DNA of 64,000 bases, taken from the IMG/VR virus record IMGVR_UViG_3300049491_000418, positions 1-64,000 of that record. One strand, given 5' to 3'. Positions 27,674 to 36,996 of the stretch are shown here, piece after piece. The stretch comes from a virus. The notes below the pieces were generated by a model that made no database searches, had not been told where the DNA came from, and was given only the letters and a program-made list of their open reading frames with translations. The position numbers and the translations under genes were made by a program. Position 1 is the stretch's first letter. Every line of letters starts with the position of its first letter.

Positions 27674-28627
27674 ATGAGTTACTACTATAAATATGATTTT
27701 GTTAGTCCTGAACCTATCTTTGCTACAATCAAGGAAGAGTTCAAAAGTTATTTTGATACTGGTGCAGTAGATGACTTGCTGTTTCCAACTTATCTTGATA
27801 AATGTTTAAAGAAACTTGGACGTACTACATATACTATTGTTCCAGTTATTTTAGATATAACTGACTTTGAGGCTAAACTCCCAGACAATTTCTATGCTGT
27901 AAGGGAAGCATGGTTATGTGTAGATATTCCTGTTAGATCAATGCAATATCCTAGTTCTTTTTATACACAAACAGCAACAGCTACTTCTATCCAAATTGGT
28001 CCAACAATTACAGACCAAACAAATAGCTGTAGTAATGATTCTTGCTCTAATGTAGATTGTCATGGAGAGTGTTTACCTACTTTAATACAAGTAGTGTATA
28101 AACACAATAATGAGGTGATGAGAAATATTCACAAACAATACCTTCTTAAACCAGGAAATATCTCTGTAAAAAATCATTGTGATTTACAATGTTCTAACTT
28201 TGGCTCTAATGCTGAAGATAGCTTTGATATTAGAGATAATAAATTTGTCACTAATTTTAGAAGAGGTACTGTTTATTTACTCATGTATGCTACAGAGTAT
28301 GATGAAATAGGTAATCAGCTTCTTCCTGATAATTATAGAATAAGAGAATTTGTGGAAGCCTTTATTAAGTACAAAATAATGGAGGTAATGACTAATCAAA
28401 CTAATGATGAAACTTTTAATCAGCTACAACAAAAGCTTATTTATTATAAGCAACTTGCCGATGAAGCATATATAATGGCAGATATTGAAATTAAAAAACA
28501 AGATGTTTTCTCTAAACAAAGAAGAATAACCAAAGATTTGAATAGATTTAATATGTATGAGCTTCCTACTAGAGTAAATAGACCTGATGGTAGAAATTCT
28601 AATGGATTCTCTAGAAATAATCAATAA
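27674..28627 (+). CDS. Tail tubular/ring protein 1 (Ttub-like)
   Basis: AKLPDNF...TNFRRGTVYLLMYA...LLPD...EAFIKYK; immediately upstream of the muzzle gene. Confidence 0.65.
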   Translation: MSYYYKYDFVSPEPIFATIKEEFKSYFDTGAVDDLLFPTYLDKCLKKLGRTTYTIVPVILDITDFEAKLPDNFYAVREAWLCVDIPVRSMQYPSSFYTQTATATSIQIGPTITDQTNSCSNDSCSNVDCHGECLPTLIQVVYKHNNEVMRNIHKQYLLKPGNISVKNHCDLQCSNFGSNAEDSFDIRDNKFVTNFRRGTVYLLMYATEYDEIGNQLLPDNYRIREFVEAFIKYKIMEVMTNQTNDETFNQLQQKLIYYKQLADEAYIMADIEIKKQDVFSKQRRITKDLNRFNMYELPTRVNRPDGRNSNGFSRNNQ

Positions 28628-28629
28628 TT

Positions 28630-31600
28630 ATGGCTGAGGATAAAGACAAAAACTTGAAAGGAGAAATTAACTTTGAGTTTGGACAAGGGTTTAAAGGTCT
28701 TAATATGGATAATATTCCTAGTCAAATTGATAAGGGATCACTATCCTATGCTTTAAATGCTGCTATTGAAAACTTTGATGCCAACAGTATCACTTATCAA
28801 AATGAACCAGGTACAGAATTTTGCTTAAAGTTTCCAAAAGATTACATCTTAATAGGAAAATATCTTATTACAGAACAAAGCAAACAAGTTTTCTTCCTAG
28901 CTAATCCTTCTACAGGAGATAGTGAGATTGGTTACATGGTAAACAATGATTGTATTTACCACACTCTTGTTAATGATAAATGTTTGAATTTTGATGTAAG
29001 ATATCCTATCCATAAGGTAGTACACAAAACAAGTAATTGTGATACAGAAATCTATTGGGCTCAACCAAATGCTGATAGGAGATATATCAATATGGATCCT
29101 ACTAAAATACCTTATTTAGCTTTACCAGACAGTACTCCATGTGATGAGAAATTGACACTACAATTAGATTGTAATCAATTAAGAGTACAACCAAACTTTG
29201 ATATTCCTGGAATTATTGTTAAAGATGTTATAATTGGTGGTAATATTATTGCTGGGGTATATCAATTTGCTTTTCAATATTCTGATGCTTTAGGAAATCC
29301 TCTTACCTCTTACTATAGTATAACTAACCCTACTCCCATAGCAGATCCACAGTTTGCTTCAGTTAATTTTAATTATCCTGTAGGTAAATCCATTATTGTA
29401 GGTATTACTAATATTGAAACTGGTGGACAGTTTGAGTATTTTAATCTTGCTGTAATTAAAACAATCAATGCTATTACATCAGTTGACTTAATAGGTACTT
29501 ATAATATAGATAGTGATCAAAAAGATATAACATATGCTGGGCAGAATGTTTCATTAATTAACTTAACAGTTAATAATATCTTTGAGAAGTTTCCTTTCTA
29601 TGGTCCTGCTGATGATGTAACAACAGCACAAGATGTTCTTATATGGAAAGGATTATCTACTCCAGAGAGAATAAGTTATCAATCTATAGCAAATCAAATA
29701 ACTCTATTGTGGGAAACTGTTAGGATTCCTGCAACAGAAAACTATGCTGATGAATTAAATGCCACACATTTAAGAGGGTATTTAAGAGATGAAGTATATC
29801 CATTTGAATTTGTTCCTTTATTGAGAAGTGGACAACAAGTTGATGGATTTCACATTCCAGGAAGAGCACTAACTCTATCAGAGATAGCTTTACCTGTTAT
29901 TGATATATCTAATGATGATTTTACTGAAGATCCAGAATTATATCCAGATGGAGCACCTTATTGGAAAATATATAATACTGCTAAAGTAATAGGTAATTCT
30001 CCAGGATTTTCAACAGCCAGTGACTATAAAGGTCCTTATAATTATGGAATAATGGCATACTGGGAATCTAATGAAACTTATCCTTGTGATGAAGAAATGT
30101 GGGGAGAACTAGCTTCTCAACCTATTAGACACCATAAGTTTCCAGATGTATTAGTATCTCCCATTATAGAATCAAAAACAAATCCTCTTAATCTTGCATT
30201 AGAGATGGGGAATGATGCTGTGTTTCCTATTGGAGTTAGAGTTGATATAGAACAAATTAAACTATTAATAAAAACATCCTCTCTTACTGATTTACAAAAA
30301 GCTGATATTGTTGGCTTTAAGATTGTTAGAGGAGATAGAACTGATAATAAATCTATTGTTGCTAAAGGAATCCTTAGAAATGTTGGTACTTATAAAAGAG
30401 ATGACCAAGAGTTCTACTATCCTAATTATCCATATAATGATTTACATGCAGATCCTTTTTTAAATAGTAATAATAATGCTTACAATAGTGCTGCTAAATC
30501 TTGGTTAGTTATCTGTTCTGAAACAGGAGTGTTACAAATAGGAGATCCAGATACCAATAAACCAACTAAAAGAAATATGATTGCAGGTACAACAGAAGAA
30601 ATCTGTTCTACTTCTAGACCAGTTTATTTATCTGGTAAAGCAAATATAGGTCCTGCAGAGTATGATGTATGGTATGTTTATGACCATGGTTGTCATGGTA
30701 GTAGAGTAAATTGGGTAGATCCATTTAGTGATATTAATGCTGCCAACACTTTAAGAAGTGATTGGATGGAATCTATTTTTGGTATTAGTCAAAATCAACT
30801 TTATTGTAGAGTTGCTGTAGGTGGAAATGTAGAGTTTGAGTGTGATAATGGTGGATTTTTTGATCCTTGTGAATGTACACCTGTTCAAGTTTTTAAACCA
30901 TACACAAGTCAACCTGTAGATGTTATAGATTCTGATGGTGGTGGAGAAAATGATCCTCATATAGGAAGAAGAACTTTAAACAACTGTGAAGGAAATACTC
31001 CATTAGCACCTATTTCTACTAATGATTCATTAAGATATAGACAGATATTTAACTCTCCTGAAACCTCTTTTGGACAACCATTCCTAGGAGACATACTAAA
31101 GGCAGAGAGTGTTATATATGGTGGAGGTTTAGCTCACTTTGTTGAAGTAAAAGATAATGCTAAGTATAGATTGTTAACTAAAGAAGCTCAACAAGATGCT
31201 TTGACATCTGCAGGAGAAGTTGGTAATGGTGATGCAGCTGCTACCTTTACAGCATACCAAGCTTATCTTGAAATATATATTAATGGTATTACAAGAAAGA
31301 ACTATGCTTATTCTTTTAATTCTATAGCTGATTATAATTACTCTACTTCTATACCTAATGAACAAGGTATTAAACAAAGAAGACTTGACCTAAGAAGATA
31401 TCTTATCCCAGCAGTTCAAAATGTTGGAGAGAATGATATTGATATAAATAATTATCAAAGAGAATCATCTGTATATCTAAGAACAGATTTAGATATTGAC
31501 CCTCTTCCTTTCCCACATTTGAGTCCTAATATGATTCCTATTAATATTCAGGATATATCAAGATTCACTACAGGCTGTAGTGGTAGTACTACTTGTGTAG

Positions 31601-34251
31601 ATACATCTATGACAACTACAACTACAACTACATTCTATGTTCCTTATTGCCCTGGTTCATGTGCTGAGCCTGCCAAGAAACTACCTATTCAGGTTGTATC
31701 TTATTATGCTTCATTAAAAAATACATTTAGAGGACAGTGGGGACAAATTTATAGTTATCAAACTATTGATACTGGTTTTCAGGTAAATTTAGAAAATGAA
31801 GGTTCTGCTACCAAGATAGTTTTTGGTGGAGATACTTTTATCTCTAGGTTTGCTTTTAAAACTAAAGTTCCTTTCTTTATTGATAATAGAGTTGGAGCTC
31901 CTCAAGATAGTGAGGTATTTTATGATGAGTTAGGTAATATAGGTTATCCTAAATATTGGCATTCTTCTAGATCTATTTTAGAAGATTTTAATGTACCTGT
32001 TTTAGGAAACATGACTAATATTATTACTTACAAGGCACATAACTTTGATTGTCCAAATTGTCAAACAGTACCTGCAGTAGCTAATCCAAATAGAACTTTC
32101 TATGATGGTATATTTTATTTGTTTGCCTATGGAATACCTAACTTTTATGTTGAGACTAGTTATAATGTTGATTTAAGACAAGCTTTCAATAATAAGGAAG
32201 GAGACTTTTGGCCACATGTAAGTAATAGTATTCCTGATGATTGGGTACAAGAAAGTTTTGTAACTATTGCACAGGATAATACCTATTATTATAATGGATC
32301 ATTCTCTAAACAAAACACAGAGAATTATTTCTCTCATATACCAGCAAATTTTGAATTTGATGATTGTACTAGTAATTATCCATTTAGAGCTATATTTTCA
32401 GATCCTCAAATAGCTACAGCAGATACTACAGTTAATAACTGGTTGACATATAGAGCAAGTGCTTATTTTGATTTTCCTCAAAACTATGGGGCACTAACTT
32501 CATTGGATGGAATTGATAAAGGACAAGTATTGGCAAGATTTGAAAACAAAGCTTTATTATATAATGCATTATATACAACTCAAACAAATACAAATGGACA
32601 AGTTTATTTAGGACAATCATTGTTTACTAGACAACCACCTCCTTATGATTATGTAGAAACTGATTTAGGTTATTTAGGAAGTCAACATAAGTTTCTTCTT
32701 AAAATACCTCAAGGTCAAATAACTATTGATGCTAAGAGAGGTCAAGTGTTCCTTATGAACAATACTAAGGCACAAGATCTTTCAGCACCTGGTTCAGGTA
32801 TGAATAGATTCTTTACAGATCATTTGGCCTTTGAGATATTGAGATATTTTCCTAATGTTAATATTGACAACAATTTTAATAGAATAGGTCTTCATGGTGT
32901 ATATGATAGCAAATTTGATAGAGTTATTATAACCAAGCTTGATTATATTCCTTTAAGTACTGATATTGTATTTGATATGGATTCTCAGTCTTTCTATAAA
33001 GAGACTCAGGCAGAGATTGGTGTGTTTAAAGAACCAATTTCTGTAAATAATCCTGTTTACTTTTGTAATAAATCATGGACTATCTCTTATAGCTTTATTA
33101 CCAATAGTTGGTTATCTTTTCATAGTTATATACCTAATTGGTATATTGGTGAAAATAACTTTTTCTATTCTGGTAAAAAATCTTGTTGTGAACCTTTTAA
33201 ATTTTTAGCAGGAGAGATTATTGCAAATCCTTTAACAACCACAACAACAACTGCTTTCCCATTACCACCAACTACAACATCTACTACAACTATTGCTTTA
33301 GATTGTACATTGATTGGTGTGGCACAAGGAACTAGCTGTGAATTAGAAGGAACAGGTATAATAACCATACCTCCTCCAGGGCCTCCATGTACAAGACCTT
33401 CAGGATTAGATCCATTTGCATTATACACAGGTTACAATGTAATAGCTCCTCCTTCTTCAGTGGTTTCTACAGCTAGTTTTAGTGAAGCATGTAATGCTAA
33501 GTCATATATGTTGTATAATCTTGTCAATGTAACTCCTACTACTATAATAGGTTGGACAACTTCATTAGTTGTTGGTGTTACTGTATATGCTAATAATGCT
33601 ACTCAAGATTGTGAAGTTATACCAGATGGATTCTATTTCACACCTATAACTTTAGATGGTATTTATGAAGTTGTTAATGGTGTTATTGTATCAATAACTC
33701 CATGTAGTTTAACCACTACAACAACATCATCTTCCACAACTACAACTACAACTACAGCATTCCCAGTAATCCCTTGTAATTCATTAGTATCTTCTGGTGG
33801 AGTGGGTATAACAGAATACATAGTAGCTCTTGTATCAGAGGGTGGAACAGTAGCAATGGCATTAAATGCTGTAAGTGTTCCTGATAAATTAGAGATACTT
33901 CATAATGGTATTAAAAAAGCTACCTCAGGAATGACAACTCCTAATGAGGGACCATTTGATAACTTATATGGAGATCCTACAATTCCAACTGTACCTGAGA
34001 CAAATGCTACAGATCAATTTATTGGAACATCTAAAGGAACTATTCCTAATAGACAAGCTACATTTGCATCTGAAACAGGTTCAGGATTAATTATACCAGG
34101 AAGTTATCAACAAATAATCTGGTGGGAATACACTAATGCAGATTTTCTAATAAATCCTGTAGCAGTTATTAGAGTTACAGGTCCTGATACTACAGCTTGG
34201 GAGATACAAAGAATGTGTGAAACAACAACAACTACCACAACAACACCATAG
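28630..34251 (+). CDS. Muzzle/tail stabilisation protein, N-terminal and main part, with appended Thr-rich and adhesin-like modules
   Basis: 1873 aa; GLNMD...YALNA N-terminus, RGYLRDEVY, IRHHKFP, FGGDTFISRF and SWTISY...WLSFHSYIP motifs typical of the crAss-like Tstab; four poly-Thr tracts. Confidence 0.75.
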   Translation: MAEDKDKNLKGEINFEFGQGFKGLNMDNIPSQIDKGSLSYALNAAIENFDANSITYQNEPGTEFCLKFPKDYILIGKYLITEQSKQVFFLANPSTGDSEIGYMVNNDCIYHTLVNDKCLNFDVRYPIHKVVHKTSNCDTEIYWAQPNADRRYINMDPTKIPYLALPDSTPCDEKLTLQLDCNQLRVQPNFDIPGIIVKDVIIGGNIIAGVYQFAFQYSDALGNPLTSYYSITNPTPIADPQFASVNFNYPVGKSIIVGITNIETGGQFEYFNLAVIKTINAITSVDLIGTYNIDSDQKDITYAGQNVSLINLTVNNIFEKFPFYGPADDVTTAQDVLIWKGLSTPERISYQSIANQITLLWETVRIPATENYADELNATHLRGYLRDEVYPFEFVPLLRSGQQVDGFHIPGRALTLSEIALPVIDISNDDFTEDPELYPDGAPYWKIYNTAKVIGNSPGFSTASDYKGPYNYGIMAYWESNETYPCDEEMWGELASQPIRHHKFPDVLVSPIIESKTNPLNLALEMGNDAVFPIGVRVDIEQIKLLIKTSSLTDLQKADIVGFKIVRGDRTDNKSIVAKGILRNVGTYKRDDQEFYYPNYPYNDLHADPFLNSNNNAYNSAAKSWLVICSETGVLQIGDPDTNKPTKRNMIAGTTEEICSTSRPVYLSGKANIGPAEYDVWYVYDHGCHGSRVNWVDPFSDINAANTLRSDWMESIFGISQNQLYCRVAVGGNVEFECDNGGFFDPCECTPVQVFKPYTSQPVDVIDSDGGGENDPHIGRRTLNNCEGNTPLAPISTNDSLRYRQIFNSPETSFGQPFLGDILKAESVIYGGGLAHFVEVKDNAKYRLLTKEAQQDALTSAGEVGNGDAAATFTAYQAYLEIYINGITRKNYAYSFNSIADYNYSTSIPNEQGIKQRRLDLRRYLIPAVQNVGENDIDINNYQRESSVYLRTDLDIDPLPFPHLSPNMIPINIQDISRFTTGCSGSTTCVDTSMTTTTTTTFYVPYCPGSCAEPAKKLPIQVVSYYASLKNTFRGQWGQIYSYQTIDTGFQVNLENEGSATKIVFGGDTFISRFAFKTKVPFFIDNRVGAPQDSEVFYDELGNIGYPKYWHSSRSILEDFNVPVLGNMTNIITYKAHNFDCPNCQTVPAVANPNRTFYDGIFYLFAYGIPNFYVETSYNVDLRQAFNNKEGDFWPHVSNSIPDDWVQESFVTIAQDNTYYYNGSFSKQNTENYFSHIPANFEFDDCTSNYPFRAIFSDPQIATADTTVNNWLTYRASAYFDFPQNYGALTSLDGIDKGQVLARFENKALLYNALYTTQTNTNGQVYLGQSLFTRQPPPYDYVETDLGYLGSQHKFLLKIPQGQITIDAKRGQVFLMNNTKAQDLSAPGSGMNRFFTDHLAFEILRYFPNVNIDNNFNRIGLHGVYDSKFDRVIITKLDYIPLSTDIVFDMDSQSFYKETQAEIGVFKEPISVNNPVYFCNKSWTISYSFITNSWLSFHSYIPNWYIGENNFFYSGKKSCCEPFKFLAGEIIANPLTTTTTTAFPLPPTTTSTTTIALDCTLIGVAQGTSCELEGTGIITIPPPGPPCTRPSGLDPFALYTGYNVIAPPSSVVSTASFSEACNAKSYMLYNLVNVTPTTIIGWTTSLVVGVTVYANNATQDCEVIPDGFYFTPITLDGIYEVVNGVIVSITPCSLTTTTTSSSTTTTTTTAFPVIPCNSLVSSGGVGITEYIVALVSEGGTVAMALNAVSVPDKLEILHNGIKKATSGMTTPNEGPFDNLYGDPTIPTVPETNATDQFIGTSKGTIPNRQATFASETGSGLIIPGSYQQIIWWEYTNADFLINPVAVIRVTGPDTTAWEIQRMCETTTTTTTTP

Positions 34252-34253
34252 TC

Positions 34254-35120
34254 ATGTCAAAAACAATAGTCATAAAGTTAACAGAAGGGAGTGAGGGGAT
34301 TGGTCCCTTCACACTCTCTGATGTTTTAGGTAACATCATAGAAAGCAACATTCCATTAAGTGAATTAATTTCTGGAAAAGTTTTCATTGTTGATGATAGT
34401 CTTACTATGGTTGTGTTAGAATCTACAGGAAAATGTAGAGTAAGTGTAACTCAGTCTTTAGTTGATATTACTAAAGATGAATACAGACATGCTACATTCA
34501 TGTATACTTATCAAGGATGTTCCTGGAGACACCTAACAGATGTAGTACACTATAATTACTACTATGGTAACACAGAACCTTATATTATTGAGTATCCTTT
34601 CTCTTACCAATATCTTGATGAGATTCTACAAGGAGTACAAGACTACACAAAAGTATATGAATATACCAAAGATCCTACTGGTGTGTTTTCTGATGTATTA
34701 AAAGTTCAACCAAATAACAAATGGTTTAACAAAGCCATTCTTTATAATGATCAACAGTCTACAGGATTATTGGAACTAGAACCAAAACCAGTCAATAACC
34801 TTAAGGCTTATAATTCTTACCCAAAATATACTACTGATAGTAAAATAATCACATATACCAAAAGTGATAACTTCTATCAGTATAATACATTCTGGAACAT
34901 AGTAAAAGATCCTCTACAATTCATTTTCAGACCTTCCTGTGAATCATTATCTATTGATAAGGTTCTTAACCAGGCCAACATGGATTATTCAACTAGAAGC
35001 TTTAAAAAGGCTCCTATTAGAGCCAAGGATCTTAAGATAAGACATATATTAGATAACTCAAGTACAACTCACCTGGTGTCTCAGTTCCTACTAGCACCAG
35101 CTCAAAACTCTTATAAGTAA
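34254..35120 (+). CDS. Probable C-terminal part of the muzzle protein fused to a GPF anchor domain
   Basis: N-terminus GIGPFTLSD is similar to 24332/25149; remainder WRH...YYG...PYIIEY...FNKAILYNDQQSTGLL resembles the muzzle C-terminal region. Confidence 0.55.
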   Translation: MSKTIVIKLTEGSEGIGPFTLSDVLGNIIESNIPLSELISGKVFIVDDSLTMVVLESTGKCRVSVTQSLVDITKDEYRHATFMYTYQGCSWRHLTDVVHYNYYYGNTEPYIIEYPFSYQYLDEILQGVQDYTKVYEYTKDPTGVFSDVLKVQPNNKWFNKAILYNDQQSTGLLELEPKPVNNLKAYNSYPKYTTDSKIITYTKSDNFYQYNTFWNIVKDPLQFIFRPSCESLSIDKVLNQANMDYSTRSFKKAPIRAKDLKIRHILDNSSTTHLVSQFLLAPAQNSYK

Positions 35121-36985
35121 TGGGATGGATAGATGAAATGGAAAATGGTGGTCAGTTTGATGGCTTAGCCAATAAGGGTTTCAATTATAATGGAGCCTGG
35201 GGAGGACCTGCACAGAATGGAACTAGTATGCCAGGTTCTGTAGGATTCTCTTATGCTAGAACTGGAGCACCTAGTAATGGTCCTTATGCTAAGAAGACTA
35301 CACCATCTGCACAAGATGGGATAAGAATGTCTAATTCTAAAATGAAAAGAGGGGTAGAACTTCTTTTACAAGAAAGAAAAAATGTATTGGCTGATCAAGC
35401 TAAGTTAAGATCAACTGGTCAAGTACTTAATCCAAAATCTGTCAAATTCAAACAACAAGCCCCTAAAAGAGAAGAAGTAAGGAAACATGTATCACAAGGT
35501 AAGCTTGATAAATCTTTGGACATTGCTGTAAATCCTCTTACTGCTTTTGGATATTTGGCTAGAAATGAAAACATACCAGATAACTTTACTTATGGAGAAA
35601 GAAATTCTCTTGATAATGCAATAGATATTATTAATCCTATAGGGGTTGCTGATAACATTGTTAAACTTCCTCAGGATATTGCTAGAGGTAATTATGCTAG
35701 TGCAGGTCTTAGAGCTTTAGATGTATTACCTATGGCAGATTATTTGGCCCCTGCCTTTAAGAATATTAAAAAGAATCCTTTATACCAAAAGTTAGATAGT
35801 AATGTTATATATCCTCTTCAATTTAGAAAAGAAATAAAAGCAATGCAGGACTATCATGCTGGATTACCTACAGAATTTGAAACTCCAGAAGCAAGAGAAA
35901 GATTATCAATAGCAATGGGACTTGATACTGATAAATTACAGTATCCTACATTAACTTCTAACCCCAATATTGGAGGTAGTCATTATGATTCTCTTGATAA
36001 TAGTATTAATATAGATTTTAGACAAGTAAAAGAGATTCAAAAGGATAACTTATTCTCTCCGAAGAGTATTCATGATCATGAAGTTGGACACTGGTTACAA
36101 AGAGAAGCTTATGCACAATCTCCTGAGTTTACACAACGTGTAGAAAAATATCATAAAGATTTAGATAAATTCAACAATCCTGATGCTTATCCTTTAAGTG
36201 AAGGAGAGAAAACATTAAAAAGATTAGGTTTATTAAATCCTCCCAGAAAACCAGAAATGCCTATAGCTACACCGCATCCAAGTAAGATTGATGAATATGC
36301 TCTTGATATGTATGATTATGATCAAAATACAAAAGAGATACGTTCTAAAATATATGATGATATTATTATGGATGATAATATTCCTATAGAGGAATTTACA
36401 AGAGTAAGTAACAATGTTAAGTACTTCCCAAACAATGAAGTTGAACCTATGGCTCACTTAAGAGAGATGAGACAAAATATGATTAATACAGGCTTTATTA
36501 AAAACAAGTATGATGATATTTCTGAAGAAACTATTAAGGATTTTATGCATCATAATCCACAAGATAGAATTTCTAGTTTTACAGAACCTACTCCTGAAAA
36601 GTTAATGGGATTATCTGAATTGTTTAAATTCTTACCAGCAGCTATACCTGTTGCAGGTGCTGCTACTGTTTCTGCTCAACAGAAAAGAAATGGTGGAGTT
36701 ATTAAAGATGACAATGGTTATTGGAATCCAAACAACTGGGGTAAGGTTGTAGAGATAGGAAGTAATAATATAACAATGAAAGGGGTTGATCAACCTCTAC
36801 TTGGTATTTCTGATACAGGAGATACTAAATATATGGAACCTGGAAAAGGTTATCAATTTGAAGGAAGTAAAGTAACAGAGTTCCCAATAGCACAGAATGG
36901 TAGGGGCTTGACAAAGTTGGATCAATTGACTAACTTTACAAATTATAATAAGCCACAAAAAGGTGGATGGTTGGACCAATTCTAA
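35120..36985 (+). CDS. Putative internal (cargo) protein with central zincin metallopeptidase domain
   Basis: HEVGH (36077-36091) preceded by YDSLDNSINI and followed by EPMAHLREMR; AQ(N/D)G repeats in the flanks. Confidence 0.65.
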   Translation: MGWIDEMENGGQFDGLANKGFNYNGAWGGPAQNGTSMPGSVGFSYARTGAPSNGPYAKKTTPSAQDGIRMSNSKMKRGVELLLQERKNVLADQAKLRSTGQVLNPKSVKFKQQAPKREEVRKHVSQGKLDKSLDIAVNPLTAFGYLARNENIPDNFTYGERNSLDNAIDIINPIGVADNIVKLPQDIARGNYASAGLRALDVLPMADYLAPAFKNIKKNPLYQKLDSNVIYPLQFRKEIKAMQDYHAGLPTEFETPEARERLSIAMGLDTDKLQYPTLTSNPNIGGSHYDSLDNSINIDFRQVKEIQKDNLFSPKSIHDHEVGHWLQREAYAQSPEFTQRVEKYHKDLDKFNNPDAYPLSEGEKTLKRLGLLNPPRKPEMPIATPHPSKIDEYALDMYDYDQNTKEIRSKIYDDIIMDDNIPIEEFTRVSNNVKYFPNNEVEPMAHLREMRQNMINTGFIKNKYDDISEETIKDFMHHNPQDRISSFTEPTPEKLMGLSELFKFLPAAIPVAGAATVSAQQKRNGGVIKDDNGYWNPNNWGKVVEIGSNNITMKGVDQPLLGISDTGDTKYMEPGKGYQFEGSKVTEFPIAQNGRGLTKLDQLTNFTNYNKPQKGGWLDQF

Positions 36986-36996
36986 TTAAAGTAATT

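Noticed and set aside
13724-34245. ACA/ACT runs as DNA microsatellites, phase-variation tracts or a CRISPR-like array
   Set aside because: They are in-frame, codon-mixed and interrupted by Ser/Pro/Ala codons, with no constant repeat-spacer structure. They are better explained as protein-level Thr tracts.
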